DNA of 48,697 nt from Pontiella desulfatans. Lineage in GTDB: Bacteria; Verrucomicrobiota; Kiritimatiellia; Kiritimatiellales; Pontiellaceae. Below, piece after piece: positions 26,834 to 36,535 of the stretch (the first letter of the stretch is position 1; each line of letters opens with the position of its first letter). Under the pieces are notes generated by a model. It saw only the letters and a program-made list of their open reading frames with translations. It did no database searches and had not been told where the DNA came from. The translations under genes were made by a program, and so were the position numbers. Where the stretch lies: positions 1-48,697 of the forward strand of contig JARFRL010000178.1 in the NCBI GenBank assembly GCA_029287275.1, read 5' to 3'.

Positions 26834-28330
26834 ATGACGGACAAAACACATTCCCATAATGGCATTCACATCAATCTATTCCTCGCGGGCCGCCGGTGCC
26901 TCGTCGTCGGCGGCGGCAAGGTCGCCACGCGTAAAATCAAGATGCTGGTCGAAGGCGACGCCAAGGTAACCATCGTCAGCCCCGAGGTTTGCGACGAACT
27001 CGCGGCGCTGATCGAGAACGGATCGGTCGTTCATGTTCCGCGCCGGTTCGAGCAACGGGATATCGAAGGCGCGTCGATCGTCTACGCCGCCACCAACAGC
27101 CGCGGCGTCAACCGTCAGGTGCTCGAGACCTGCCGCGCCGCGGACACGCTCTGCTGCTGCGTGGACGGAAACTGGGCCGACAGCGATTTCACCACGCCCG
27201 CCACCGCGAAACACAACAATCTCACGCTGTCCGTCTCCTCCGGCGGCAACGACTGCCGTCAGTCCAAAATGATCAAGAACAGCCTGGCGCGGCATCTGGA
27301 AATGATGGAGGCCGCGCACCTCGTCGTCGTCGGCACCGACCACAACCACCTGACCGTCGAAGAGCGCGAACCCTTTCACCTGACCGGCCCCAAGTTCGAG
27401 CGCGCCGGGTTCATGATCATGCAACTCTGGGGCATCCACGAGTTCATGATTCTAAACACCTGCAACCGCGCCGAAGTCATCGCGATCGTCTCGGAGGAAA
27501 CCTCCGAAAACGGCATCCTGCGCCACATGATGGGATTCGCCGCGCTCAAGGAAGACAAGTATTATCTGAAAACCGGCAAGAAGGCGTTCGAGCACCTATG
27601 CCTCGTCACCGCGGGCATGCTTTCGCAGACGCCCGGAGAAAACCACATCACCGCGCAAATGAAAGACGCGCTCGAGACCGCCAAGCAACGCGGCTGGGCC
27701 GGCAACATGACCCAAGCCTGGATCTCCTCCGCCCTGCAGGTCTCCAAAGCCATCAAGAACGAGGTCTCTCCGTTGCTCCGCGACTTCGAGATCGAAGACC
27801 TCGCGCTCAGCTACCTCGAAGCCCACGACAAGGATCTTTCCAAATCCACCGTCATGGTGCTCGGCGCGGGCATGGTTGGAAAATGCCTCGTCGCCGATAG
27901 CGTCGCCAAGGTCGAGAAAATCATCTGGTGCTACCACGTCAACAAACCCGAACTCGCCGCGGAATGGGGCGACAAAGTCGAGTTGCGCACCTTCAACGAG
28001 ATGAAGAACCACATCACCGACGCGGACATCATCATCAGCGCGACCGACGCGCCCGGACACGTGCTCCACATGGCGCACGCGCCGTTCTTCAACCAGGAAC
28101 GGCCCGTGATGGTCATCGACCTCGGCATGCCCCGCAACATCGACCCCGAGCTCGACGACCTCTCCACCGACGTGACCGTCGTGGACCTCGACGGATTGAA
28201 ATACTGGTACCGCCGCGAACTGACCGACATGAACGAGGTGCTCACCCGCGCCCGCGCCATCACCGCCGCCAACAAGGATCTATACGACAAGATCGCCAAA
28301 AGCCTTAAAAGCCCCGACGCCGACAGATAG
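26834..28330 (+). CDS. Fusion of precorrin-2 dehydrogenase/sirohydrochlorin ferrochelatase (SirC/CysG N-terminal/Met8-like) and a glutamyl-tRNA reductase (HemA)-like domain
   Basis: Residues about 1-155: CLVVGGGKVATRKI, ATN...VN, CCVD...DFTTPA, SVSSGG. Residues about 160-498: VGTDH, LNTCNRAE, GENHITAQMK, GAGMVG, IDLGMPRNID. Confidence 0.85.
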   Translation: MTDKTHSHNGIHINLFLAGRRCLVVGGGKVATRKIKMLVEGDAKVTIVSPEVCDELAALIENGSVVHVPRRFEQRDIEGASIVYAATNSRGVNRQVLETCRAADTLCCCVDGNWADSDFTTPATAKHNNLTLSVSSGGNDCRQSKMIKNSLARHLEMMEAAHLVVVGTDHNHLTVEEREPFHLTGPKFERAGFMIMQLWGIHEFMILNTCNRAEVIAIVSEETSENGILRHMMGFAALKEDKYYLKTGKKAFEHLCLVTAGMLSQTPGENHITAQMKDALETAKQRGWAGNMTQAWISSALQVSKAIKNEVSPLLRDFEIEDLALSYLEAHDKDLSKSTVMVLGAGMVGKCLVADSVAKVEKIIWCYHVNKPELAAEWGDKVELRTFNEMKNHITDADIIISATDAPGHVLHMAHAPFFNQERPVMVIDLGMPRNIDPELDDLSTDVTVVDLDGLKYWYRRELTDMNEVLTRARAITAANKDLYDKIAKSLKSPDADR

Positions 28331-28335
28331 CCCCG

Positions 28336-28434
28336 AGGCGCGACAACCGCGCTCGCGCGAGACGGACTCGCTCGAGTCGCTGCGCCGGTCCGAGATCCAG
28401 AAGGCGCGACACCCGCGCTCGCGCGAGACGGACT
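28336..28434. repeat. Two 33-bp palindromic direct repeats separated by a 33-bp spacer (REP-like)
   Basis: AGGCGCGACA(A/C)CCGCGCTCGCGCGAGACGGACT at 28336-28368 and 28402-28434, one mismatch, with internal palindrome CTCGCGCGAG. Confidence 0.75.
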
Positions 28435-28440
28435 GCCAAT

Positions 28441-28660
28441 ATTTTCTTTGATCACCGCGGCCTTTATCCGTTGACGTTCCCTCCGGTCACTGCTTTCGCA
28501 AGCTCAAGCCTCTCCCGTTGGTCGAGTCGTCTGGATGACGAGTGCTGGCCGACGTCCTCGCGGACGATCGGCGTAACTCATAACGTCATCAAGGACCAGC
28601 CTCCGCCGCTCTCGTTCGCGCGCTTCGCCTGACCAATCACCCGTGTGGAGCGAAGAAATC
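28441..28660 (-). other. Highly structured intergenic element (candidate ncRNA or MITE-like repeat)
   Basis: Nested stems GATGACG/CGTCATC, GAGT/ACTC, GCCGA/TCGGC and CGTCC/GGACG, plus GCTT/AAGC. Two loops read GCGA (GNRA) on the minus strand. The element ends are partly complementary. Confidence 0.4.
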
Positions 28661-28664
28661 TGAA

Positions 28665-30119
28665 TCAGGAAGGGGGAAGCATCCGGTTTCCACCGACGAG
28701 GGAGTAGACGTTGTCGTATCCGGCGGCGCGGAAGGCGTTGGCGGCGTATCGCGTGCGGACGCCCGCGGCGCAGACCAGCAGGTAGGTTCCATCTTTTTCA
28801 ACGCGGCGCGGATTTCCGAGCAGCGTGTTCATCGGGATATGGACGTGCTCGCAGGGCAGCGGCTCCGCCGCCACCTCGTCCGGCTCGCGGATATCGATCA
28901 CCTGAAACCGGCTTAGATCGATTTCATCGATCGTCACGTCCACGGACGCGGGAAGCGGCGCGGACGCGGCGTGCGCCGGGCAGGCGTCGTTCCGCGGCAA
29001 CGCGATCCGGCGCGTTGAATAGTCGACCAGGTTGACTATCAACAGTTCGTTGGAAAGCCGGCCGTCCAAGCCCAGCAATTGCTTGATGGCTTCGAGCGCC
29101 TGGATGGAGCCGATGACGCCCGGCACCGCGCCCAAGACGCCCGCGACGGCGCAGCTCGGAACGTCCGTCGGCGCGCCGCCTTCGTAGAGGCATTCGAGGC
29201 AGGAGGATTCCGAATCGACCACCTGCACCTGCCCCTCGAACTGGTAGATGCTCGCGAACACCACCGGCACGCCGGCCTTGAGCGCCACGCGGTTGACCAG
29301 CAGTTTGGTTTCCATGCAATCCACGCACTCGACGATGATGTCGTAGTCTTGGATCTGTTCGACTTCCAGCGTTTGAAAGCGCGCCGGATGCGTTTCGATC
29401 TCGATGGCGGGATTGTATCGCTTCAGCCATTCCGCGGCCAAGGCGGCCTTTTTTTCGCCGAGATTTTCGGGCGCGTAGAGGAACTGCCGGTGCAGGTTGC
29501 TGGCTTCGAGATGATCGTGTTCCACGATGCCGATACGCCCGACGCCCGCGCCCGCCAGATAGGTCAGCACGGGACAGCCGAGTCCGCCCGCGCCGACCAC
29601 GAGCACGCGGCTTTCCGCGAGCTTGCGCTGCCCCAGGGGGCCGATTTCTTTGAGGACGGTCTGGCGCGCGTAGTCCATTTTCGGCTGGTGGCCGTGCTTG
29701 GCGCATTGCTCGCAGTCGACCCATCCGGAATCGCCCGCGACGTAATGCTCCTTCTTCCAAATCGGAACGCGGACTTTGATCTCGTCGATGATGTAGCGGT
29801 TGGCTTTGAACGCGGCGTCGCGGTGCGGCGTGGAGACGCCGACCCATACGGCGATGTCGCCGATCTGGAGATGTCCGACGCGATGGACGCAGACGGCTTT
29901 TTCGAGACCGAATTTCTCCTTCGCCTCCGCGAGGATTCGCTCGCCTTCGGCGACCGCGAGCGCGCTGTAGGCTTCGTACTCGAGCGAGGTGACGTCGTGC
30001 CCTTCGTTATGATTCCGCACCCAGCCCTCGAAGGTGACGAGCGCGCCGCACGCGGGATCTTCGGCTTCGGATTTGAGCTGTTCCGCGTTCAGCGGTTCTG
30101 ACCGGATCGCGAACATCAT
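28665..30119 (-). CDS. MoaE-MoeB(ThiF)-rhodanese triple fusion (molybdopterin synthase large subunit plus sulfurylase/sulfurtransferase)
   Basis: MoaE: GALVTFEGWVRNHN, LEYEAY, HRVGHL, IKVRVPIWKKEHY. MoeB: YARQ, VGAGGLG, SNLHRQ, CLEC, GVLG..PG.IG..QA.EAIK. Rhodanese: IDIREP.E and CAAGVRT. ATGA overlap with the moaD stop. Confidence 0.9.
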   Translation of the reverse strand: MMFAIRSEPLNAEQLKSEAEDPACGALVTFEGWVRNHNEGHDVTSLEYEAYSALAVAEGERILAEAKEKFGLEKAVCVHRVGHLQIGDIAVWVGVSTPHRDAAFKANRYIIDEIKVRVPIWKKEHYVAGDSGWVDCEQCAKHGHQPKMDYARQTVLKEIGPLGQRKLAESRVLVVGAGGLGCPVLTYLAGAGVGRIGIVEHDHLEASNLHRQFLYAPENLGEKKAALAAEWLKRYNPAIEIETHPARFQTLEVEQIQDYDIIVECVDCMETKLLVNRVALKAGVPVVFASIYQFEGQVQVVDSESSCLECLYEGGAPTDVPSCAVAGVLGAVPGVIGSIQALEAIKQLLGLDGRLSNELLIVNLVDYSTRRIALPRNDACPAHAASAPLPASVDVTIDEIDLSRFQVIDIREPDEVAAEPLPCEHVHIPMNTLLGNPRRVEKDGTYLLVCAAGVRTRYAANAFRAAGYDNVYSLVGGNRMLPPS

Positions 30120-30355
30120 CCGCCCGCCACCGGTGGAATGAACACGACGGAGTCGCCGTCGTTCAGCGGCGTGTCCCAGTCGACGAACGCGTCGTTGACC
30201 GCGAGCCGAACCTGCGAGCGGCACATGGAAAAATCGTGTTTCGACTTCAACGACTCGAACAGCTCCGCGGCGTGCGCGGATTCGGTTTCGACGGTTTCGG
30301 CGCTTTGGCCCGCGGCCTCGCGCAGCATGGCGTAGTAGATGATGTTGATTTTCAT
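30116..30355 (-). CDS. moaD: Molybdopterin synthase sulfur carrier subunit
   Basis: YYAMLREAAG...AVND...IPPVAGG with C-terminal Gly-Gly; 79 aa. Confidence 0.93.
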   Translation of the reverse strand: MKINIIYYAMLREAAGQSAETVETESAHAAELFESLKSKHDFSMCRSQVRLAVNDAFVDWDTPLNDGDSVVFIPPVAGG

Positions 30356-30407
30356 GCGTCGTGAAGAGTGAAGCGCGCGGCGTGAAACACGGCTCGCGCG
30401 CCACTCG

Positions 30408-31445
30408 TCATCCTCCAATATAAAACATTTCGATTTTGTGTTTCTGCTCTTTCTTCACGTCGCCGCCCCAGCGCGTTTGGCTATACTGATCGTTGCGGTC
30501 GCTCCAGACGTCGCGCAGGACGCCGTTGATTTCCTCGTCGGTCGATCCGTCGCGGAGCAGCGACCGCAGGTCGGTGCCTTCGGTCGCGAACAGGCAGGTG
30601 TAGAGTTTTCCGTCGGCCGAAAGGCGGCTGCGGTTGCAGGGGCGGCAGAAGGGTTGACTGATCGAGGAGACGAAGCCGATTTCCCCGCCGCCGTCGGCGT
30701 AGTGGTAGCGGTCCGCGACCTCGCCGAGGTAATGCTTCGCGACGGGTTCGATGTTCCAATGGTTGGAGATGAACTGAATCAGCTCGGCGGTCGGCACCAC
30801 CTGCCCGCGCTCCCAGTGGTTCACGTTGCCGACGTCCATGTATTCAATGAAACGGACGACCACGCGCGAGCCGCGGAACTCCTCGAGAATCGGCACCACC
30901 TCGCCGAGGTTCATGTCGCGGCGCACGACGGTGTTCACTTTAATGTGTTGGAAGCCGGCCCGCTTGGCGGCCGCGACGCCCTCGAGCACTTGGGAGGGGC
31001 TGTCGAACCCGCCGTTCATTTCGCGAAACACGTTTTCACTCAGCGCGTCGAGGCTCACCGTGACGCGGTCGAGGCCGGCCCGCCGAAGCTCCTCGGCGTG
31101 CCGCGCCAATAAAACACCGTTCGTGGTCATGGCGATATCGCGGATGCCGGGCACCTTGTTCAGTTCCCGCACCAGAGAGGCCAGATCCTTCCGCAGCAGC
31201 GGCTCACCGCCCGTGAGGCGGATCTTTTCCACCCCCAGCTTTGAAAACTGACGGACCAGCCGGATCATTTCATCGAACGAGAGCCGCTCCGGTTTTCCAA
31301 GCCAGGGAAAATCAGGTCCGACCTCGTCGGCCGGCATGCAGTAGGTGCAGCGGAAATTGCAGCGGTCGATCACCGATAGTCTAAGATCGCGCATCGGCCG
31401 ATTCAACTGATCGGTTGGCGCGTCGAGTTGTTCTTGATCCATCAT
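30408..31445 (-). CDS. moaA: GTP 3',8-cyclase (radical SAM)
   Basis: LRLSVIDRCNFRCTYC, RLTGGEPLLR, FCRPCNRSRLSADG.LYTCLF and C-terminal IGG. Confidence 0.96.
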   Translation of the reverse strand: MMDQEQLDAPTDQLNRPMRDLRLSVIDRCNFRCTYCMPADEVGPDFPWLGKPERLSFDEMIRLVRQFSKLGVEKIRLTGGEPLLRKDLASLVRELNKVPGIRDIAMTTNGVLLARHAEELRRAGLDRVTVSLDALSENVFREMNGGFDSPSQVLEGVAAAKRAGFQHIKVNTVVRRDMNLGEVVPILEEFRGSRVVVRFIEYMDVGNVNHWERGQVVPTAELIQFISNHWNIEPVAKHYLGEVADRYHYADGGGEIGFVSSISQPFCRPCNRSRLSADGKLYTCLFATEGTDLRSLLRDGSTDEEINGVLRDVWSDRNDQYSQTRWGGDVKKEQKHKIEMFYIGG

Positions 31446-31716
31446 GCCTCTCTAAGTCGTAACGGCCGCGCTATTGAACGCGAATTCCGACGACTCTGTA
31501 TCAAAAGATGACAAAGTCAATCGATTTACGCATGGATAACATCGGCGAGGGGCCAACGCGTGATCCTCGGCGCCCGGGTTTCCGCGCCCGATCCGGAATA
31601 ACGAAGAAATACGCTCCTTCATCCCGCGCCGTTCTGCTTTTATGGCGGGCGTCGCGCTCCGCGTTTTCAGTGGCGTCGGGCGGACGCGGATCAACACACG
31701 CCTCTCGGAGATTTGA

Positions 31717-32202
31717 ATGAGCACTAGAAGAAACGTGACGGCCGGCCTGCTGGGACTCCCTGCGCTCGCGGCGGCGGCCCCCGCGGCGGCGGAAACGAAC
31801 CCCTTCAGCGAGGACGCGGCGCGGATCATCAGCTACACCTTGTACGCCGAGGCCCGCGGCGAACCCTTCAAAGGCAAGATGGCCGTCGCCGCCGTCATTC
31901 AAACCCGCGCGCGGCTGGACGAGCGGAGCCTCGCGGAAGTCTGCTTGAAGGAAAAACAGTTCTCCTGTTGGAACGAAATCGACGCGGTGCCGGACTACTA
32001 TCCTTCCGGCGCGGGCATGAAGGCCGCCGACATCCGGGCGCGGAGCGACTGCTACGGGATCGCGTGGGTGCTCATGTCCAGCCGCCGCGAATGGGATTAC
32101 CTGACGCATTTCTACAACCCGAACAAAGTCACGCCCTCCTGGGCCCGCTCCCTGCGCGGCGTGAAAACCATCGGCAACCACGTCTTCGGCTACATGGACT
32201 GA
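31717..32202 (+). CDS. Cell wall hydrolase (SleB/Hydrolase_2 family) with a twin-arginine-like signal
   Basis: TLYAEARGEP..G..AVA.VI..R, QFSCWN, THFYNP...PSW, IGNHVF. N-terminal TRRNV followed by a hydrophobic stretch ending AAA. Confidence 0.85.
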   Translation: MSTRRNVTAGLLGLPALAAAAPAAAETNPFSEDAARIISYTLYAEARGEPFKGKMAVAAVIQTRARLDERSLAEVCLKEKQFSCWNEIDAVPDYYPSGAGMKAADIRARSDCYGIAWVLMSSRREWDYLTHFYNPNKVTPSWARSLRGVKTIGNHVFGYMD

Positions 32203-32467
32203 AACCGGAGCCGCGCGGCTTGATCCGTCATTTCGCGTCCGCGACGCGGGCGCCGGAAAAAAACGTCGGTTTTTTCGCAGCTCGTTCGCAACCGCGGTGT
32301 TGCGCCGCGGGAGATCGGCCCCATCCGTCCTTTCCGACGAATTTTTCCGAACGCCGCGCCAACTCGGCTTCCGCGCCCGAAAACACTACCCCTTCACAAA
32401 CAGGCACTTGTATTTCTCCGCTTCCGCGGACGGAGGTCATGGCACGCCTTGCGCTATAAGCGGAGCC

Positions 32468-33568
32468 ATGAAAACTCCCTACCTGATCGATACCACGCTG
32501 CGCGACGGCGAGCAAATGCCGGGGTGCGTGTTCAGCCGCGAGGAAAAAATCGCCATCGCGAGCGGGCTCGCCGAGATCGGCGTTGGCGAGATCGAAGCGG
32601 GGATTCCCGTGATGGGACCGACCGAACAGGCGGACATCGCGGCGATCATCGCGCTCGACCTTCCCTGCCGGATCACGGGCTGGTGTCGCGCCGCGTTCGC
32701 GGACCTCGACGCGGCCGAAGCCGCCGGGCTCACTTCCGTTCATCTTTCCTTTCCGATGTCCAACCAGCACTTCCGCGCGCTGGGCAAATCCTCGGAGTGG
32801 GTTTTCGAAACGCTGGAAAAGGTCCTGCCCGCGGCGCTCGAGCGCTTCGCCTATGTATCCGTCGGCGCGCAGGATTCGGCCCGGGCCGAGCGGGAATTAT
32901 TAATCGCCTTCGCGCGCCGCGTCCACGAGCTTGGCGCGGACCGCTTGCGCGTCGCCGACACCGTCGGCGTGCTGAACCCCTTCCAAACGCAGGCTCTTTT
33001 CAAGGAGCTGACCGCGGCGCTGCCCGAACTCGAGCTGGCGTTCCACGCGCACGACGATCTGGGCATGGCGACCGCGAACACGCTCGCCGCGTTCGAGGGC
33101 GGCGCGGCCGCGGCCGACGTGACGGTCGCGGGCATCGGCGAGCGCGCCGGCAACGCGGCGTTGGAGCAAGTGGCCATGGCCGTCCCGAATCTCGGCGTCC
33201 GGAACCGCGCGCTCTACCCGCTCTGCGCGACGGTGCTGCGCGCGGCCGGACTCCGGCCACCCAAGAGCGCGCCCATCATTGGCGAAAACGTCTTTAGCCA
33301 CGAATCGGGCATTCACGTGAGCGCCGTGTTGAACCACCGCGCCGCGTACGAGCCGTTCTCCGCCGCGGACGTCGGACGCTCGGACTCAACCCGCGTCGTG
33401 CTGGGCGTTCACTCCGGCGAGGCGGCCCTGCGCCACGCGCTGAACGAGGCCGGCATCAATCCCTGCGGCGAACCGCTCGGCTGGTTGCTCAACCGCGTGC
33501 GCGACCACGCCTTGAAAACCAAAAAGCCGATCACGCCGCGGCAACTCAGAAATCTTTTCTATGACTGA
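32468..33568 (+). CDS. nifV: Homocitrate synthase (NifV-like)
   Basis: IDTTLRDGEQ, EIEAGIP, GWCR, ADTVG, FHAHDDLGMATAN, GIGERAGNAALE, FSHESGIHV. No LeuA regulatory domain (366 aa). Start at ATG 32468 after GGAG. Confidence 0.82.
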   Translation: MKTPYLIDTTLRDGEQMPGCVFSREEKIAIASGLAEIGVGEIEAGIPVMGPTEQADIAAIIALDLPCRITGWCRAAFADLDAAEAAGLTSVHLSFPMSNQHFRALGKSSEWVFETLEKVLPAALERFAYVSVGAQDSARAERELLIAFARRVHELGADRLRVADTVGVLNPFQTQALFKELTAALPELELAFHAHDDLGMATANTLAAFEGGAAAADVTVAGIGERAGNAALEQVAMAVPNLGVRNRALYPLCATVLRAAGLRPPKSAPIIGENVFSHESGIHVSAVLNHRAAYEPFSAADVGRSDSTRVVLGVHSGEAALRHALNEAGINPCGEPLGWLLNRVRDHALKTKKPITPRQLRNLFYD

Positions 33569-33823
33569 CCCCCCCTTCCCACCTGTCCTCACCGCGGTTC
33601 CACCCGGCTCATATCCCGATCAGGTGGCCGCCGAGTCTCCCTCGATCACGACGGCGAGCGCGTGCCGCTGCTCATCGTGAATTACTGACTCGACCGGCCC
33701 GTGATCGAGGAAGACGCGACGACGCTCATCTGTTCCCGCGATTGGAACGGGCTCCGCCAGCGATGATTCCTTGAACCCGAAAAACAGCGCGTATCGTGGC
33801 GGTCACCCCGCGCCGCGAACAGC

Positions 33824-33840
33824 TTGGCACACCTGATGCA
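33824..33840 (+). promoter_or_regulatory. Sigma-54 (-24/-12) promoter
   Basis: TTGGCACACCTGATGCA gives GG-N10-GC with a TGGCAC core, about 80 nt upstream of the NifA-like gene. Confidence 0.65.
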
Positions 33841-33918
33841 TCAGTAATGCCGAAGTTGTAAAAACCCATGCTCCTTGCTACATAATTGTATATTGCTAGA
33901 TAAAATGACGTATAACAA

Positions 33919-35513
<1,595 letters not shown>

Positions 35514-35517
<4 letters not shown>

Positions 35518-35954
35518 AAATACGGACCGCGACCCTAGACGACATCCCGGAGATGGCCGAACTGCTGCACGAGCTGTTCGCCATCGAAAACGACTTCACC
35601 CCGGATTTCGCCACGCAGGCCCGCGGGCTAACCCTTCTCATCGACCGCGCCGCCGCGGAGATCTTCGTGGCCGAGATCAACGGAAAGGTCATCGGCATGT
35701 GCACCGTTCAGATTCATGTTTCCACCGCCAAGGGCTGCGAAGTCGGCACGGTGGAGGATTTGGTGATCGATATCGACCATCGCGACAAAGGCGTCGGTTC
35801 GTCCTTGTTGCGGAAGGTGGAGGAATGGGCCGTCGAACGCGGTCTTGCTCGACTTCAGCTGGAGGCCGACCGCGACAACCATCCCGCCCTCGGCTTCTAC
35901 CGCCGCCAAGGCTGGCACGTCACCAACCTCATCGGTTGGATGAAGCACCTTTAA
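35514..35954 (+). CDS. GNAT family N-acetyltransferase
   Basis: IRTATLDD, motif [29 protein letters not shown]. Coupled to the upstream gene by ATGA overlap. Confidence 0.88.
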
Positions 35955-36008
35955 GCCGCGGCGAAATCACGCTTAGTAAAAAACACCATATTTTAGGGCG
36001 GAGGAGAC

Positions 36009-36037
36009 TTGCGCTTCCGCCTCAGGTTTTTTATGCT
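36009..36037 (+). promoter_or_regulatory. Candidate sigma70 promoter
   Basis: TTGCGC-N17-TATGCT about 40 nt upstream of the GTG start at 36078. Confidence 0.4.
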
Positions 36038-36077
36038 GTAGCTGTTAGGTAGAAATACTAATCAAGAGGATTTACCC

Positions 36078-36446
36078 GTGGCGAAATTATCGGACAAGGA
36101 CTGGAACACACTAAAGGAAAAGCTGGCCAAGGACGGCCGCTTGGAACAATTCACGCTCGGCGAGCCGGAGCAGGAATACGTCACGTCGCGCGGCATGGAG
36201 ATTCTCCGACTGCACGCGGCCGACTTCGTGAACAAACGTCTCGCGCCCGCCAATCCCAAAAACGACGGGCGGCAGACGCCCACCAAAGGCCATCCTGTTT
36301 TCATCGCTCAGCACGCCTGCGGCTGCAACGACCGCGCCAGCGTGGCGGACTTCTTCGGCTATGAAATGGGCCGCGAGCTGACCGACGGCGAAGTCGACAT
36401 CATCGTCGACGTGATTCTGCGCTGGATCGGGGAGCATCTCGACTAG
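36078..36446 (+). CDS. DUF4186 family protein
   Basis: HAADFVNKRLAPANPKNDGRQTPTKGHPVFIAQHA signature. Confidence 0.85.
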   Translation: MAKLSDKDWNTLKEKLAKDGRLEQFTLGEPEQEYVTSRGMEILRLHAADFVNKRLAPANPKNDGRQTPTKGHPVFIAQHACGCNDRASVADFFGYEMGRELTDGEVDIIVDVILRWIGEHLD

Positions 36447-36467
36447 TCGACATCTACACCAAGGTTC

Positions 36468-36499
36468 GAAAAATCCACCCCGCGGTGGATTTTTCTTTT
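36468..36499 (+). terminator. Rho-independent terminator
   Basis: GAAAAATCCACC-CCGC-GGTGGATTTTTC, a perfect stem followed by TTTT. Confidence 0.8.
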
Positions 36500-36535
36500 G
36501 TTTCCATCTCAAACCCTGAATATAACGAACCGTTT

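Noticed and set aside
28336-28434. CRISPR array
   Set aside because: Only two repeats, no cas genes and no leader. Kept as a REP-like repeat.
8454-28434. The cytochrome island as an active mobile element
   Set aside because: No integrase, transposase, tRNA target or flanking direct repeats were found. Horizontal origin would need phylogenetic evidence.
31446-31716. Moco riboswitch upstream of moaA
   Set aside because: I could not find the conserved Moco RNA elements by eye. An Rfam scan would settle it.
32440-32455. Sigma54-like TGGCACGCCTTGCGCT upstream of nifV
   Set aside because: The GG-N10-GC spacing fits, but the -12 element is poor and the start site would fall about 2 nt before the ATG, excluding the GGAG RBS. 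Unresolved, so not called.
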